Positions 1-11,935 of a DNA stretch of 64,000 nt are shown in pieces (position 1 is the first letter of the stretch; each line of letters starts with the position of its first letter). Location of the stretch: NCBI RefSeq assembly GCF_048593235.1, contig NC_133618.1:508729675-508793674 (forward strand), read 5' to 3'. Position numbers and translations under genes: made by a program. Under the pieces are notes generated by a model that made no database searches, was not told where the DNA came from, and saw nothing but the letters and a program-made list of their open reading frames with translations. This DNA is from Sminthopsis crassicaudata. Taxonomy: Eukaryota.

Positions 1-292
1 ATTTTGCTTTAGGGTATTGTTAATCATGAAAGAGTTTGACATCACTGGTGCTATAAAGTAAAATCATATAACTCATTTTACATAGTTAAGTTTTACTGTA
101 ATGCCACATCTGACAATTTTTATTGTGTTCCATCTACTCAGCTTATCTCTTTTAAACAAAATGAGCTATTTTGTTGTGAAATAGAAAATATATTGAATCA
201 TAAGACTGTAAAAATTATTAAATTAGTATTATATCAAAAGACATTAGACTAATAAACTCTTCAATGTAATTTTTGATTTTCTTTTTCTTTAG

Positions 293-703
293 GAATCCAC
301 AAGACATACATTAGGACTTGAAAATAATTCCCCAACTTCTAAAACTGTAGGATATAGTTTAGAATATGAGGAACCTTTTTTCCAAGATCCAACTGGTGCT
401 GGAGATTTGTTGGATGAAGATGAAGATGATGACTGGAGTGGGACTTATCGGCCATCTGCCATGGAACAAACTCATGCTTCCAGAGTTAATACTAGCCCAT
501 CACCACGTAGTACATATATTTCCTTTTTTTCCAACCCACCTGAACTGCCAGGCATCGAGTCTCTTGGTCCATGGACTTTAAATGATAGTGACTCATGTGT
601 TTCTCCTACATCTCAAGTGAACAACACAAACAAAGAGTTTGCTGTTCGCGGAGAATACTTGGGAGATAGGCATTTTCGATCGCTGCAGATAAGCTATGAA
701 GCA
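293..703 (+). CDS. ENTR1: ENTR1 coding exon (ESTRHTLG...LQISYEA)
   Basis: Pyrimidine tract + AG at 291-292, GTAAGT donor at 704, 411 nt, phase 0/0; overlaps track ORF 407-784. Confidence 0.95.
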
Positions 704-3700
704 GTAAGTGTAGATGGAATGCTCTTCACCTATCTGATAAATCTCAAATATCTTGGGAAGTTTTTCATGGAGAAAAACTATTGATCTTGCTTTCCTAGTG
801 ACCTTTTATGTCTTTGGAGCAAAGAACAATCAGCCCTAATGTGCTGCTGCAGTTTGATGATTACTATGGTTAGTTATTTTGGCCTTGCTCACAGATATGA
901 ATGCAGCTGTTTTAAACAGTACTGTGTGATGAATGCAAGTACAGGAGATGTGAATACAATAGTATACTTGTGTCATAGTTGGATAAGACATCTTGGAAAC
1001 CTAAACATTTTTAACCATTGTCTTAAATTTCTTTACTTTTACAAATAAGAAATTTCATGACTAGTTGTATGCAGGATCTAATTTCTAATTTTCTTTTCCA
1101 TTTTCTGCAGCTCAGAGAAGAAAACATTAAGCTAAGAAGAAAAATTAATGAGATTCAGAACTTTTCTGAATCTCAGACAGAAATGTATGTACACTTCTAT
1201 GTAGTAATATGAGTTTCATTTATTTTTATTTTCAAAGGATTAATTTATGTCAGTGGAAGGTAATAGCTTAACTATTACTGTCTGTATTTTAAGGGATGAC
1301 TATGGTAAAGTTTTTTCTTGTTTAAAGGTTTCCTGATGAATTTTTCATTAAATTTTTTTATTGAGTTATGTAATAGAGTTGTTGTATGGGATACAGCATG
1401 GCAGAGAGGTTACAGTGTTAGCCTTGCAAAACACAGGAGTTCTAGTCTCACCTCTCCTACCACATGGGTGACCTTGCAGAGCCTCAGTTTTCTCTTCTGT
1501 AAAAAGGATGTTACTTAATATACCTGTGATATCTATCTTGCCCAAATGAGAGTGTATACAAAAGTATGTTACAAACTTTAAAGTTGTACATAGATGTCAG
1601 TTGTTAATTTGAAATGAGAGAGATATTGGATTTGGACTCAGTGATGCCAGGTTCATCAAGTTAGAGCCTGAAGCTACTTTGGAAGGCATATAGTCTTAAG
1701 ATCCTCTTTTTACAGATGAGGAAATGGAGGCCCCAAGAAGTTACATATTTTGTCTAAGATTATATAGAAAGTGGCAGAGCCAGGATTTGAACTCAGCCCT
1801 TTGACTAGATATAATTTATCTTTTTTTTTCAAATCTTGTCTTGGGCATAATTGTAATTCTGAGCAAGTTATTTAAGCTTGCTGAGCCTCAGTTTTTTCAT
1901 CTGTAAAATGGGGATCACTAGGGCAACTAGTTGATGTAGTGGATAGAGTTAATCAGCCCTGAAGTCAGGAGGACCTGAGTTCAGATTTGACCTCAGACAC
2001 TTAACACTTCCTGGCTATGTGACCCTGGGCAAATCACTTAATCCTTATTGCCTCAGCAAAAAAAGAAAAAAATTGGGGATCACCAAGTTGGTATGAGATG
2101 CTATAAGATAATGAATGTAAAGAGATTTAAACTCTTAAAACACTTAATCATCTATTTTTAAAAATTAATTGAGAGATGCTTATAAGTTATTTGTGACTTA
2201 ACCAAAGCCTTCTGTGCAGGAATCATAGTCATTAAAATAACCTATCTTTTTCCTTGTCCTAATAAGGGTAAGAACACTTGAGCGAAAATTGGAAGCAAAA
2301 ATGATGAAAGAGGAAAGCGACTATCATGATCTTGAATCGGTGGTACAACAAGTGGAACAGAATCTTGAATTGATGACTGTAAAAAAATTTTTTTTAATTT
2401 TTTTGAAAATTGTTTCTTTAAAATTTGTTTTCTAGGAGAGCATAAGTGTCAAGAAAATTTCTTTGAGGAATGAATTATCTATTATCAATCAGCTAGAAGA
2501 TTAATTTAGCATTATTTCAATATTTTGTACATTTTGTTGAGCTGTAACATAGCTAGTTATTATAACTATCCCTAGGTAAAATCACTTTGCATCTTAATCT
2601 CCACAGACCTTTACAGTGGTTAAATTCCTAAGTAGATGTCTTATCTGACCTGGTTGTCGGTAATTTCCTTACTGGAAGTTTGCTGTACTCATAAAATTAT
2701 AGGTTTAGTCACAGCAAAAAGTCCAGGTATTCTATGTGTTCGATTGACTCATAATATCTTTATGTAAAATTGGATTACAAATAGGATCTTGTAATCAATT
2801 TTTTGGAGAAAGAGATGGGAGAGCTGCTTTTGACCATCCAAAATGGCTATAGAATACAAAATAGTTGGCTTATTCTGAGCTAGAATGGAATGGTAAGAAA
2901 ATTAATATCTTGTCATTGGGAGGTTTTCAGACATTGATAAATGCCTATTTGGAATATTATAAAAAGTATTCTTATTGTGGGCAGACAGTTTAAGATCCTT
3001 TTTAAATTACTGATTAGAAATTGTATGAATTGACCAGATTTTAAGTGCATAAAAATCTTTTGGTGGGTTTCTTGGATAAAATATCAATTTTATTTAACTT
3101 TTAGTTTGAAAATAGTAAATTTGCAGTTGGTATTTACCTGCAACAAACATTATTTTAATGCTTAAGTACTTATATTGTGGTAGACACAAATGACAATGGA
3201 ATGTGATTTAATTCAACAAGCATTTTTAAAGTATCTAGGTACTAGATATACCTTTCTTTGAGAGTTGAAATTATCTTTTAGGAAGTTTAAAAGCTTTCAA
3301 ATTTAACCTCTTCCAAAATTTGGTTAAGAATATTCATTTAGATGTTCTGGAATCCAGTAATAAAATAGCAGGTCTCCATTTCCTGTATGGGTATTTAAGG
3401 AGAAAGCAGGTTAAATTATCAGGATACTTTACCAAATTTGTATATGACTAGCATTATCAATTTTTTTTTATATTAATATCTATAATCTTCCTTTCTCTCA
3501 TTCCTCACATCCAGTCATTGGCCATTTCTTTTTGATTCTATCTCCATAATGTGTTTTCTATCTACCTCTTCTCTCTAGACCTACAGTTGCCACTCTAGTT
3601 CAGGCCCTCATTTATTTTTTGCTTTCACTATTATAATAGTCTAATGGGTCTATCTGCTTCTATCCTCTCCTTTTTCCAGTCTGTCCTTACACAGGTGCCA

Positions 3701-6201
3701 AGGTGGTATTCCTAAAGTACAGGTCTGATATAATACTTTTCATGATCAGGAAGCTCAGAACCCCACTCTTCCCTCTCTGGTAAAATATAAACTCTTCCAT
3801 TTGACTTTTAAACCTCTTTACAATCTGGTTCAGCCTATATATTTCTAGACTTATTGCATATTACTATTCTTCACATTTTCAGCATTCTAGCCAAATTGAC
3901 CTGATTGCTATTCTTCATATGTGATATTCTGTATCCCCTCTTTGTGCGTTTGCTCATGCTCTGTGTTCTTCTGTCCTTTGTATCTGGGTTTCCCTCCCCT
4001 ATCTCTTGCCTCTAGAAATCCCTGACTTCATTCAAAGCTCATTCAAATACCATCCCTGGAAGCTTAACCTTCCCCTCCCTAGTTGCTAATGACTCCCCCT
4101 AGAAATTGCTTTGTATATATTCTGTATTTAATTTTTAATATAAATTTTACTTCCCTCAATAGAATGAAAGTTTCTTGACTGTGAGGTACTGGTTATTTTT
4201 ATATTTGTATCCCCAGAATTTAGCAGTGTAATAGGCACTTAATAAATGTTTGTTGAATAAATGAATAACCATATGTTTTAAATGGCTTTCAGAATTTACT
4301 ATTATAATGTCAGTGGTTTTCTTGTAACAGAAGCGGGCTGTGAAGGCAGAAAATCAAGTTACAAAACTGAAGCAGGAAATAAATATGCTCCAGGTAAAAT
4401 ACATTTTTAGTTTCTTCCTGGACGCATATCATGTGTCACTGTTTCACTGCAAATTAGTGCAAGAAAGGAAACATGGAAGTGAACCCTTAATATTTTCCCC
4501 TTTCCTTCTTTAATTGGGCTAAATTCAAAGGAATTGGGATAAGTCCTAGAATTTATGATTCCATAACTGAATGATTCATTATTTTACTTAAATTTAATTC
4601 TATCAACACTTACATAATAACATTAATATTTTCTCATATTTGTACAGTAGTTTACAATTTTTTATATACATTCTCATTTGGTTCTTTTGTCAGACCTATG
4701 AGGTTGGTAGAGTAGATAAAATCATTTCCATTTTGTTGAGGAGAAAACCCATGGAGAGGTTCAAGTCAATGGATATTTATAAGATCTCAGTTCAGAATAT
4801 ATGCACTTAACTTGCTAACAGGTCATATAGGCAATAAGTGATAGGACTGAGATTGAGTTAGGTCTTTTGAACCTAAATTGAGTGCTCTTGTCATTATACC
4901 ATACTACTTTAAAAATGACTTAAAGCAGCCCTTGCCCTCAAAAAACTTTAGTAGAGATAATGCTAGAGGGAAAATGCAAGAACTGAGGACATAATTTTAG
5001 CTTCAGATACTGTATGTGGAAAATATTTTTTAATGTATAGATTTGATTCTTTTGTCAAGGAAAAAACATAAGCTATTCCTAGATTTCACAGAAGCAAAGC
5101 TAGTTGTGCCAATGCAACAATGAGGTAATAAGTTTATAGGTTATCAGCTAGCAAAACTTCCTAACTACTCCAATTGCTAGTTTGTTCTAATGAGAAAGGT
5201 ACCACAAACATGCGGTTATACCCAGTGTTTTACTTTGTATGTCTTAATAATCCTAATTTATCTTAATTAAATCATATTATCTTTCTTCTAAAGGCTCAGC
5301 TTACTAATTATAAGAGAGACAATGAAGCCCTTCGATCTGGTCAATGTGCCAATTTGACAGTAGTTAAACAAAACACAGATGTTGCTTTGCAAAATCTCCG
5401 AGTTGTCATGAACAATGCACATAGTTCAATAAAGTAAGTTTTCTGTATGATTTTGGGACATTGTTGCATGATGGGTATGTCCAATTTTTAAAAAAATCTT
5501 CCTAGTATAGCTGATATGATGAGTAAGCTTATTGGGAATAAGAAAGATACTGTTCTTTCTATGTCATATCTGATGTACTCAGAAGATAGATGGCATGGAA
5601 TTGGTGATTTATTTTTTTTTTGCTGAGGCAATTGGGGCTAAGTGACTTGCTCAGGGTTACATAGCTAGGAAGTGTTAAGTGTCAAAAGCCAAATTTGAAC
5701 TCAGGTCCTCCTGACTTCAGAACTGGTGCTCTATCTACTTTACTACCTAGCTGCCCCCATTTTTTTTTTTTTTTTTTTTTCTCATAGGAAGATAGGAATA
5801 GTGTAATTATCTTTTGAGTGAACTCATTAATCCATTTTGTTAGTTTTGTTTAAAACATAGGAGCTAATCTGCTTTTTTCTACCTTTTTTTTTGTATTCTA
5901 GAATTTCCTACCTTTTAATGTGTTTCTTGCTACAATTGGGCACTGTAAATGACACACACTGATTAATTTTGCAAATATTTATTGCATGCCTACAGTGTAC
6001 AAGGCTTTGTCAGGGTAGAAGTAAAGATTGAGATCTACCCCCAAGGAGCTTACAATTAAAGAAGGAAAGAAAAAGTGTACATTTTATATCTGTTTATGTT
6101 TTCATTCTAGGCAGTTGCTTTCTGGAGCTGAAACATTGAATCTTGTTGCTGAAATCCTTAAATCCATAGACAGAATTTCTGAAATTAAAGAAGAGCCTTG
6201 A
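293..6201 (+). CDS. ENTR1: Endosome-associated trafficking regulator 1 (SDCCAG3), 3' part; 5' exons lie upstream of the window
   Basis: join(293-703,1111-1184,2267-2378,4331-4393,5294-5433,6111-6201). All junctions are AG/GT with matching phases. Translation ...EPFFQDPTGAGDLLDEDEDDDW...LQISYEA/LREENIKLRRKINEIQNFSESQTEM/VRTLERKLEAKMMKEESDYHDLESVVQQVEQNLELMT/KRAVKAENQV.../...QLLSGAETLNLVAEILKSIDRISEIKEEP* matches the human ENTR1 C-terminal coiled coil as I remember it. Confidence 0.96.
1111..1184 (+). CDS. ENTR1: ENTR1 coding exon (LREENIKLRRKINEIQNFSESQTEM)
   Basis: ttttctgcag acceptor, GTATGT donor at 1185, phase 0/2. Confidence 0.95.
1395..2140. mobile_element. Cluster of old MIR/CORE SINEs (others at ~4640-4910, 10790-10980, 14440-14640, 15170-15400)
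   Basis: Core motif cctcagttt(c/t)ctcatctgtaaaatggg or its reverse complement. Confidence 0.7.
1921..2070 (+). mobile_element. Marsupial tRNA-derived CORE-SINE (WSINE1-type)
   Basis: Pol III A/B box head, core, A tail; TSD aaaat(t)ggggatcac(t/c)a at 1905-1920 and ~2069-2085; inserted into an older MIR. Confidence 0.9.
2267..2378 (+). CDS. ENTR1: ENTR1 coding exon (VRTLERKLEAK...NLELMT)
   Basis: AAG acceptor at 2264-2266, GTAAAA donor at 2379, phase 2/0; near-identical to the human peptide. Confidence 0.95.
3440..4268 (+). mobile_element. L2 LINE 3' fragment
   Basis: CT-rich body ending aggcacttaataaatgtttgttgaataaatgaat. Confidence 0.75.
4331..4393 (+). CDS. ENTR1: ENTR1 coding exon (KRAVKAENQVTKLKQEINMLQ)
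   Basis: taacag acceptor, CAG/GTAAAA donor, 63 nt, phase 0/0. Confidence 0.95.
5294..5433 (+). CDS. ENTR1: ENTR1 coding exon (AQLTNYKRDNEALRSGQ...HSSIK)
   Basis: ctttcttctaaag acceptor, GTAAGT donor at 5434, phase 0/2. Confidence 0.95.
5612..5758 (-). mobile_element. WSINE1-type SINE
   Basis: Reverse complement of the same family, poly-T at 5612-5621. Confidence 0.9.
6111..6201 (+). CDS. ENTR1: ENTR1 last coding exon (QLLSGAETLNLVAEILKSIDRISEIKEEP*)
   Basis: ttcattctag acceptor, TGA at 6199-6201. Confidence 0.95.
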
Positions 6202-7210
6202 CAAACTGCTGAAATGTCTTCTAGCTTAAAGCTCTGCTGAAATGCTGTAATCACTTCTTGCTTTATTTGGGGAAAACAATTGTGTCTTTAAATATGCAGT
6301 CATCTTCCTCAGTACTCATCACGAAATACAAATTTCATAACCTAAAACAGAGTTATTAGCCTTAAAACTCAGTTGGGTGGCAACTGTTGGACTTGAGGTG
6401 GGTCTGCAGTTTATATTAACTCTTTTAGGTGAATTGTCATATTTCACAAATTCTAATAAACAAAGACTTACCAACAGTTGAAAAGGGGGGGGGAAATAAT
6501 CTGTTTTTAGGGAATTTTCTAAACATGAAAATGAGTTCTGGAATAAGTATTGCTTTCTATTGTCTATTATAGTATTTCCTGGATGTTAATTGCAAAATGA
6601 GCCTAACTTGAGTGTCTTTTGTTAACACTCCCTTTAAAGAAAGAAAAAAAAAGAATAAAAATTATAACACAAAATGTACATAGTAGAGACTACTGACTTT
6701 TGCCTAGGGAATCTGTGCCTCAAGTATCTCCTCATGTTCCTAAAGACTTGAAGGTTCACACTTGTGCCTTCAAGAAATATAGTTTTAAAACATAGATATA
6801 TATATATATAGATATGCAGGCTAATAGTACCAACTAAAGTACTATGAATTGTAACAGATCCAAAGTACCAATGTGCTACTACTTTTCTAAGTTTGCTACA
6901 GGAATTGTTCAGTAAATATTCCATAATGTTAAACTCATTAAGTGTACCTTTTTTTTTTTTTTATCAGGTTTCTTAATATTTAAATACCAACTCTACTGCT
7001 GCAGTGTATTGCTAAGTTTTTCAAATGACATTTTTACAGCAAAATTTAGGTTGCAACAGTTTCTAGGTTGGCATGGGAACATTCTTTCCTTTGCCTTTCC
7101 AGAATTTTTCTATGATGTGGATAAAAACACTAAAATTCTATAGGTCTTTTGCTGTTTGATGTAAATGGTTTTTTAAAAAAAAAATAAATTGTAGTTTTTT
7201 TCCACCTCTA
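6202..7210 (+). other. ENTR1: ENTR1 3'UTR with several candidate poly(A) signals
   Basis: AATAAA at 6455-6460, 6654-6659 and 7183-7188; the last is followed by a GT/T-rich tract. True 3' end cannot be fixed from sequence. Confidence 0.6.
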
Positions 7211-8939
7211 TAATGTGACAGCTTTGCTACTTACTAAATTAGGATGTGTTTGCAACTTCATTTCTTACAAAACCAGCTGCCCTTCATGTTCAAACATTAT
7301 ATAATACTACTTCATCACCTGCAGGGTATTCCATTTCAGTTGATTTAAAATTGATTAAGTTTTACTAATTCTGAGTTTGATGCTTGGAGCCAGCAAGGTG
7401 AATCTGTAAAACAGCTTACTGGGACTACAGGTAGTCTGGTTATCAAATAGTGAAGCTTAATTGGCCCACTTAGGGAATATCTAACCCATGATAGCAGTTT
7501 TGTCAGTACCATGTTGTATCCAACTTTTTGCACTTATATTCTTGCAGATCATATTGATTACTGAGGTAAAGAAATTGGGTTTCAAACAAAAAAAAAAGTG
7601 TAAAATGCACAACATCTATACACACTACTGCTAAGCATTATAATTTTGGTTTGCAGAAATGCTAGTCAAAGTACACTGCTGAAACAGAATTTAGCCACCT
7701 AATGTGATTGACACAATTGTTAAAATATAACTTGCTGATTCTTTTATCAAATTGGACTGTCTTTGATAATGTATTCTAATGGGAAAAGGTTTAAACCTGA
7801 GAGTCTAGATGAGTTCTATGCAGTGTAGTCTTAGATGCTATGCTTTAATTCTTAGACTTTTCCCCCCATTTATAAAAGGGAATAGTTGCTGTGCTATTTA
7901 TACACTATCTTCTTACTGATAGAATGAGACCATGTGAAAGGGCTAAAATGCAAGTATTATATGGTTGCCATAACATGCTTGTCAAATCAGATAATATCTA
8001 ATTTGGTGTTTTTTTCTTAAGAATGTCCTGCATTATAGTGTTAATGGATGTCTCTTCATTTAAGGTATATCAGAGACATACTTTCAGGCTCAACAGGCTT
8101 TCACATAGCTGCAGGCAAGAATTACAGGGATGTATTTAAGGAGATGAGTAGTTCTGGGTATATGTAGAATTGTTTTCTAACAGAGTCCCAAACTAATTCC
8201 CTTCCCCTTCCCCTCCAGTTGCTTAAATTTGCCAGGTTAGCTCATTTCAGAGACAAACTACCATTGATGTTAGTAAATCAACAAGTATTTATTAAGCACC
8301 ACTTGAAAGTTGTTGAAATTGTTTCTGGCCACCTCCCTTAGGAAGAACCAAAAATGAATTTTAGGAAACTCCTAGGAAGATCAACCAAGGAAACTAAAGG
8401 AAGGAAATATGGAGTTTCAACTTAGCCTTGTTATTTAACTAGTTAAGTAACACATTCTGTTATAAAAGTGTCAGAGTTGGGATCTGAAACCAATTCTTTC
8501 TGGCTCCCAAGTATATCCACTATGGATACTGTGCTCAGTTGCCTCCTTAGGGTCATTCTATGCTTCTAATAGATTTCCCTCCTCTCTCAGGAAAATCATT
8601 CCAATCTCAATAGAACTTAACCCTATAATAAAATTGAAAATGTCAAAAGGTACTATATCCCTCTCCAGATTCCAGGAAAAATCCTCTTGGAAAAATGGGT
8701 AATAAGTCAGGATGAACTTTTTTCTTTGGGAAATGGATTAAAGGTCATATCAAATGTTTTAAATAAAGAAAACTCTTAAGTTTTATAATCATTGTCTTCC
8801 CTGTCCCACAAGTATTTTGGTTACTGACTCATCTAAGGGCAGTCTCCCCTTTACCTGTGTGATATGCTGGCTAGTACTCATCTTTATTTGGGAAGGATTT
8901 CATTACATTTAGTGTAATTCTAAGAGTAAGGGCAGTGGT

Positions 8940-9132
8940 TGGGCAGCTAAGTGGATAGAGTGGTGGCCTGGAATTAGAAAAACCTGAGTTCAAATTCAGC
9001 TTCAGTGTCTAAACATTTAACCCTGTTTGCCTCAGTTTCCTCATCTGAGTTAGAGAAGGAAATGGCAAACCACACCAGTATCTGCCAAGAAAACCCCAAA
9101 TAGTAATAAAGACTTGAAGATGACTGAACAAA
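8940..9132 (+). mobile_element. MAR1-type CORE-SINE (RTE-like tail)
   Basis: Core + gagaaggaaatggcaaaccac...gactgaacaa tail; perfect 12-bp TSD aagggcagtggt at 8928-8939 and 9133-9144. Confidence 0.8.
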
Positions 9133-9779
9133 AAGGGCAGTGGTCCAGGAGAAATGAGATAGTAAACTTGTTGACCCAATTCTGGAATGTTAACCCAGGC
9201 TATTTTAAGATATTTTCCTAGTACACCATTCTTATGTTTGAAATCTTGGGTCGGTCATGTTAAAGAGGATGTGGGGACTATGCCGGATTGGACATCTCTC
9301 CAAACTACAAATGGCTCAGACATAAGAGTAATGTCGAATTAAATTGTTTCTAGAAGACTTTAAGCTTAAGTCTCAGATTAGTATTAATATTTTTTCTTCA
9401 ACACTCCAAGCCTACCTACATTTTATTGTTAACCTTTCCACATTTTCCTTTCTCTCCACTAAAGTTCTTCTCTAATGACTACTCATGGAGGCATGGAGGT
9501 GATCCTGAATTCTTGAAGGCAGTAACATCATTGACAGCGATTTTATCAAGCTGGAATGGATGTGCGCCCAATGACTGACTGCAGGTCTCCTGTTCCAGCA
9601 CCAATCCCACTCGGTTTGGAGAGGCTCATCGACAGAACAGCCCAAGGACGAATAATTCTGCCACAACAGCTCCCCGAGACCACGAAATTATATAATGGTT
9701 GCACTCTTGGTTGCTAAAGGAATACTAATACTCAAACCACAAGCTATTCTCCTTATAATAGTCAACTGTCGTTAAACTT

Positions 9780-10620
9780 CCCCTTTCCCGTCCCCGCCAC
9801 CCCCACCTCAGTCCCTCCGAATTCGGAAGCCAGCCTGACATGAGGCAGGAGGGTGTTGTGGGAGGCCACAGTGGCTGCGGGACCAGGAGCTTCCTCAGTA
9901 GTCCAGGAAGCGACGCTTCCCGATCTCACGCCCTGGTGAAGAAGGCTCCCCTCACCTCCGAGGGAAGACTACCAGAGGAGGAAACGCCCCCCACCAGATT
10001 CAGTCGGTGTCTGCTCCAGCACTCGGAGCCCTAAGGAGGGAAAGGAAAGGAGCCGTGTTCAGGGCCACACATCCCAGGGATGTCACAGACCAGCCACCAC
10101 CTGAAAAGTCTCATGGACTTGGGGCCAGCTCTGCAGTCCGCCCTACGCAGCCTCTTCTAGCGGTCGGGGCGGCAGTCACAGGAACGCTGGCGACCTCCCG
10201 GGCACTGGCGATTCGCGAGGCGCACGCCCCGTGGCGAAGGATGTGAGCGGCCGCTGCTGGGAACAGGGCCCCCTCGGAGAACAGAAAGAAAGGAAAGGAA
10301 GAGGCTCTTGTTGGGGGAAGGGCTACCCCAGGTCCCTACCAGTTCTAGCCTTTAGGATTGCCGCCGCTTCCTTACTTCTCCTCCCTAGCGTCTCCGGCCG
10401 CGCGACGTCAGACCGGCTCCTCCGGCCTCGAGGTGGCTCTTCCGGTACGTGAGAGGGGGCGTGGAGCGACTTCCGCCCAAAGCCGGAAGACCGTTAACCT
10501 CCTCCTCCTCGGGTTCTCCAGGCGCTGGAAGGTAAGCAGCAACAAACACCCCATCGTGGTGGGACTGGGTGAGAGTGGGACAGGAAAGGAATAGGGGGGC
10601 CCTGGAGGGACACGGGAAGA
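9780..10620 (+). promoter_or_regulatory. SNAPC4: CpG-island, TATA-less promoter of SNAPC4
   Basis: Only strongly CpG/GC-rich stretch in the window. ETS/GABP cores CTTCCGG (~10439), ACTTCCGC (~10469), CCGGAAG (~10483); CRE-like GACGTCA (~10404); GC boxes near 9790. Confidence 0.85.
10480..10531 (+). other. SNAPC4: Probable non-coding exon 1 of SNAPC4 (start approximate)
   Basis: Strong AAG/GTAAGC donor at 10532 at the 3' edge of the CpG island; the next exon (13956) carries 18 nt of 5'UTR before the ATG. Confidence 0.7.
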
Positions 10621-11820
10621 CGACTAAAATTGACTGAATATATAGGGTGGGTAAATTGCGATATTAATAGAAGGGGTAGGCTCAGGTGGAGAGGAGAGGA
10701 GGCCTGAGATAGAGATTGGGGGCGATTTGCAGCAGAACAAAATGCTTCGAGGGGAGAGAGCTGTTTTAGGTCAAGGGTTTTGCAAGGAGCAAAACCAGAA
10801 CTCGAACACAGAATTCCTTATGGTTCAGCGCTCGTTCCTAATGGGATCGTGATAGTCACTAACCTCTGAGCCTCAATTTCCTCATCTGTAGAATGGAAAT
10901 ATTTGTATTATCCATCCCTCAGGGTTGAGAAGAATTTTATAAACCTTAAAGTGCTAAACAACTGTGAGTTACGTTTTCATTTCCACGTGCTAGAAACGTA
11001 AGTATGGCACACACACACCCCCACGAGTCAGGTAAAATCATCGGCTTTTATAAAGGCCTACTGTGTGCCAGGCCGTTTCTCTGCCCATCCTCAAGCTCTC
11101 TGTATAACAGGGAGAAAGCAGCGGACAGTTTTCGGAAGGTAGGATTGGCTGATGCTTGAAGGAAACCCGGAGGCTCAATGGAAGAGGGAGGGGCTTTCTG
11201 GCCAGGACAGTCATTTCGAATAGTAGTAAGGCCAATGTCAGAAAGTGAATGGAGGAGAAAGGTCTGAAGGGGCAGGTTATGAGGTTTTAAACGCTGAATA
11301 GGATTTCCTATTACATCCTCTAATTGGAAGCCCCTGCTGTTTGCTGAATGAGCTGGAGGCGAGGAGTGAGTTCGACCTGTACTTGAGAAAGATCTCGATG
11401 ACAGCTGGTGGCAGAAGGACCGAAGCCATTGAGAGCCCTTTGGCAGGCAGATCACTCAGAACTGACTGTTGTAGTTCCAGCACGAGCTAATGGGGATGTT
11501 CCCTTCTCAAAAGTAGTTCACCACAATGTTTAGCTTGAAGGAGTTGGGCTACTTTGTTGTGGTCCCCCAATTCAGTCAAGAGGCACTTTTTGAGCACCTA
11601 CTATGTGCCAGGCCCTGTGGTTGGTATTGAGATTATAAATACAAAAATATTAAGAAACTTACATTCTGCTAGCTTAAATAACAGCTGAAGTGGATGAACT
11701 TTTCACTAAAAAAATTATTTAATGAACATAGAAATATTTTGATTAATTCCATATTTTTCACACAAATACTTTTAGCATAAAATTTAAAAAATTATATTAA
11801 TGTATTTAAAAGCCCATAGC

Positions 11821-11935
11821 AGCACCAGCCCTGAAGTCAGGAGGACCTGAGTTCCAAATTGCCCTCAGACACTTAACACTTCCTGGTGTGACCCTGGGCA
11901 AGTCACTTAACCCCAATTGCCTCAGGGGGGAAAAA
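11821..11935 (+). mobile_element. 5'-truncated WSINE1-type SINE
   Basis: Begins agcaccagccctgaagtcagg; TSD aaaagc(c/t)catagc on both sides. Confidence 0.85.

Noticed and set aside
704-784. Extension of track ORF 407-784 beyond the ENTR1 exon
   Set aside because: Intron read-through after a consensus GTAAGT donor; the peptide has no similarity to ENTR1.
9240-9720. CpG-containing unique stretch with short ORFs upstream of the SNAPC4 promoter (possible retrocopy)
   Set aside because: No frame gave a recognisable protein, poly-A or TSD; CpG retention is explained by the CpG-island shore. A tBLASTx search would settle it.
11048-11483. 135-aa and 68-aa minus-strand ORFs in SNAPC4 intron 1
   Set aside because: No homology I recognise; TTG/CTG-type starts; length within chance for GC-richer sequence.
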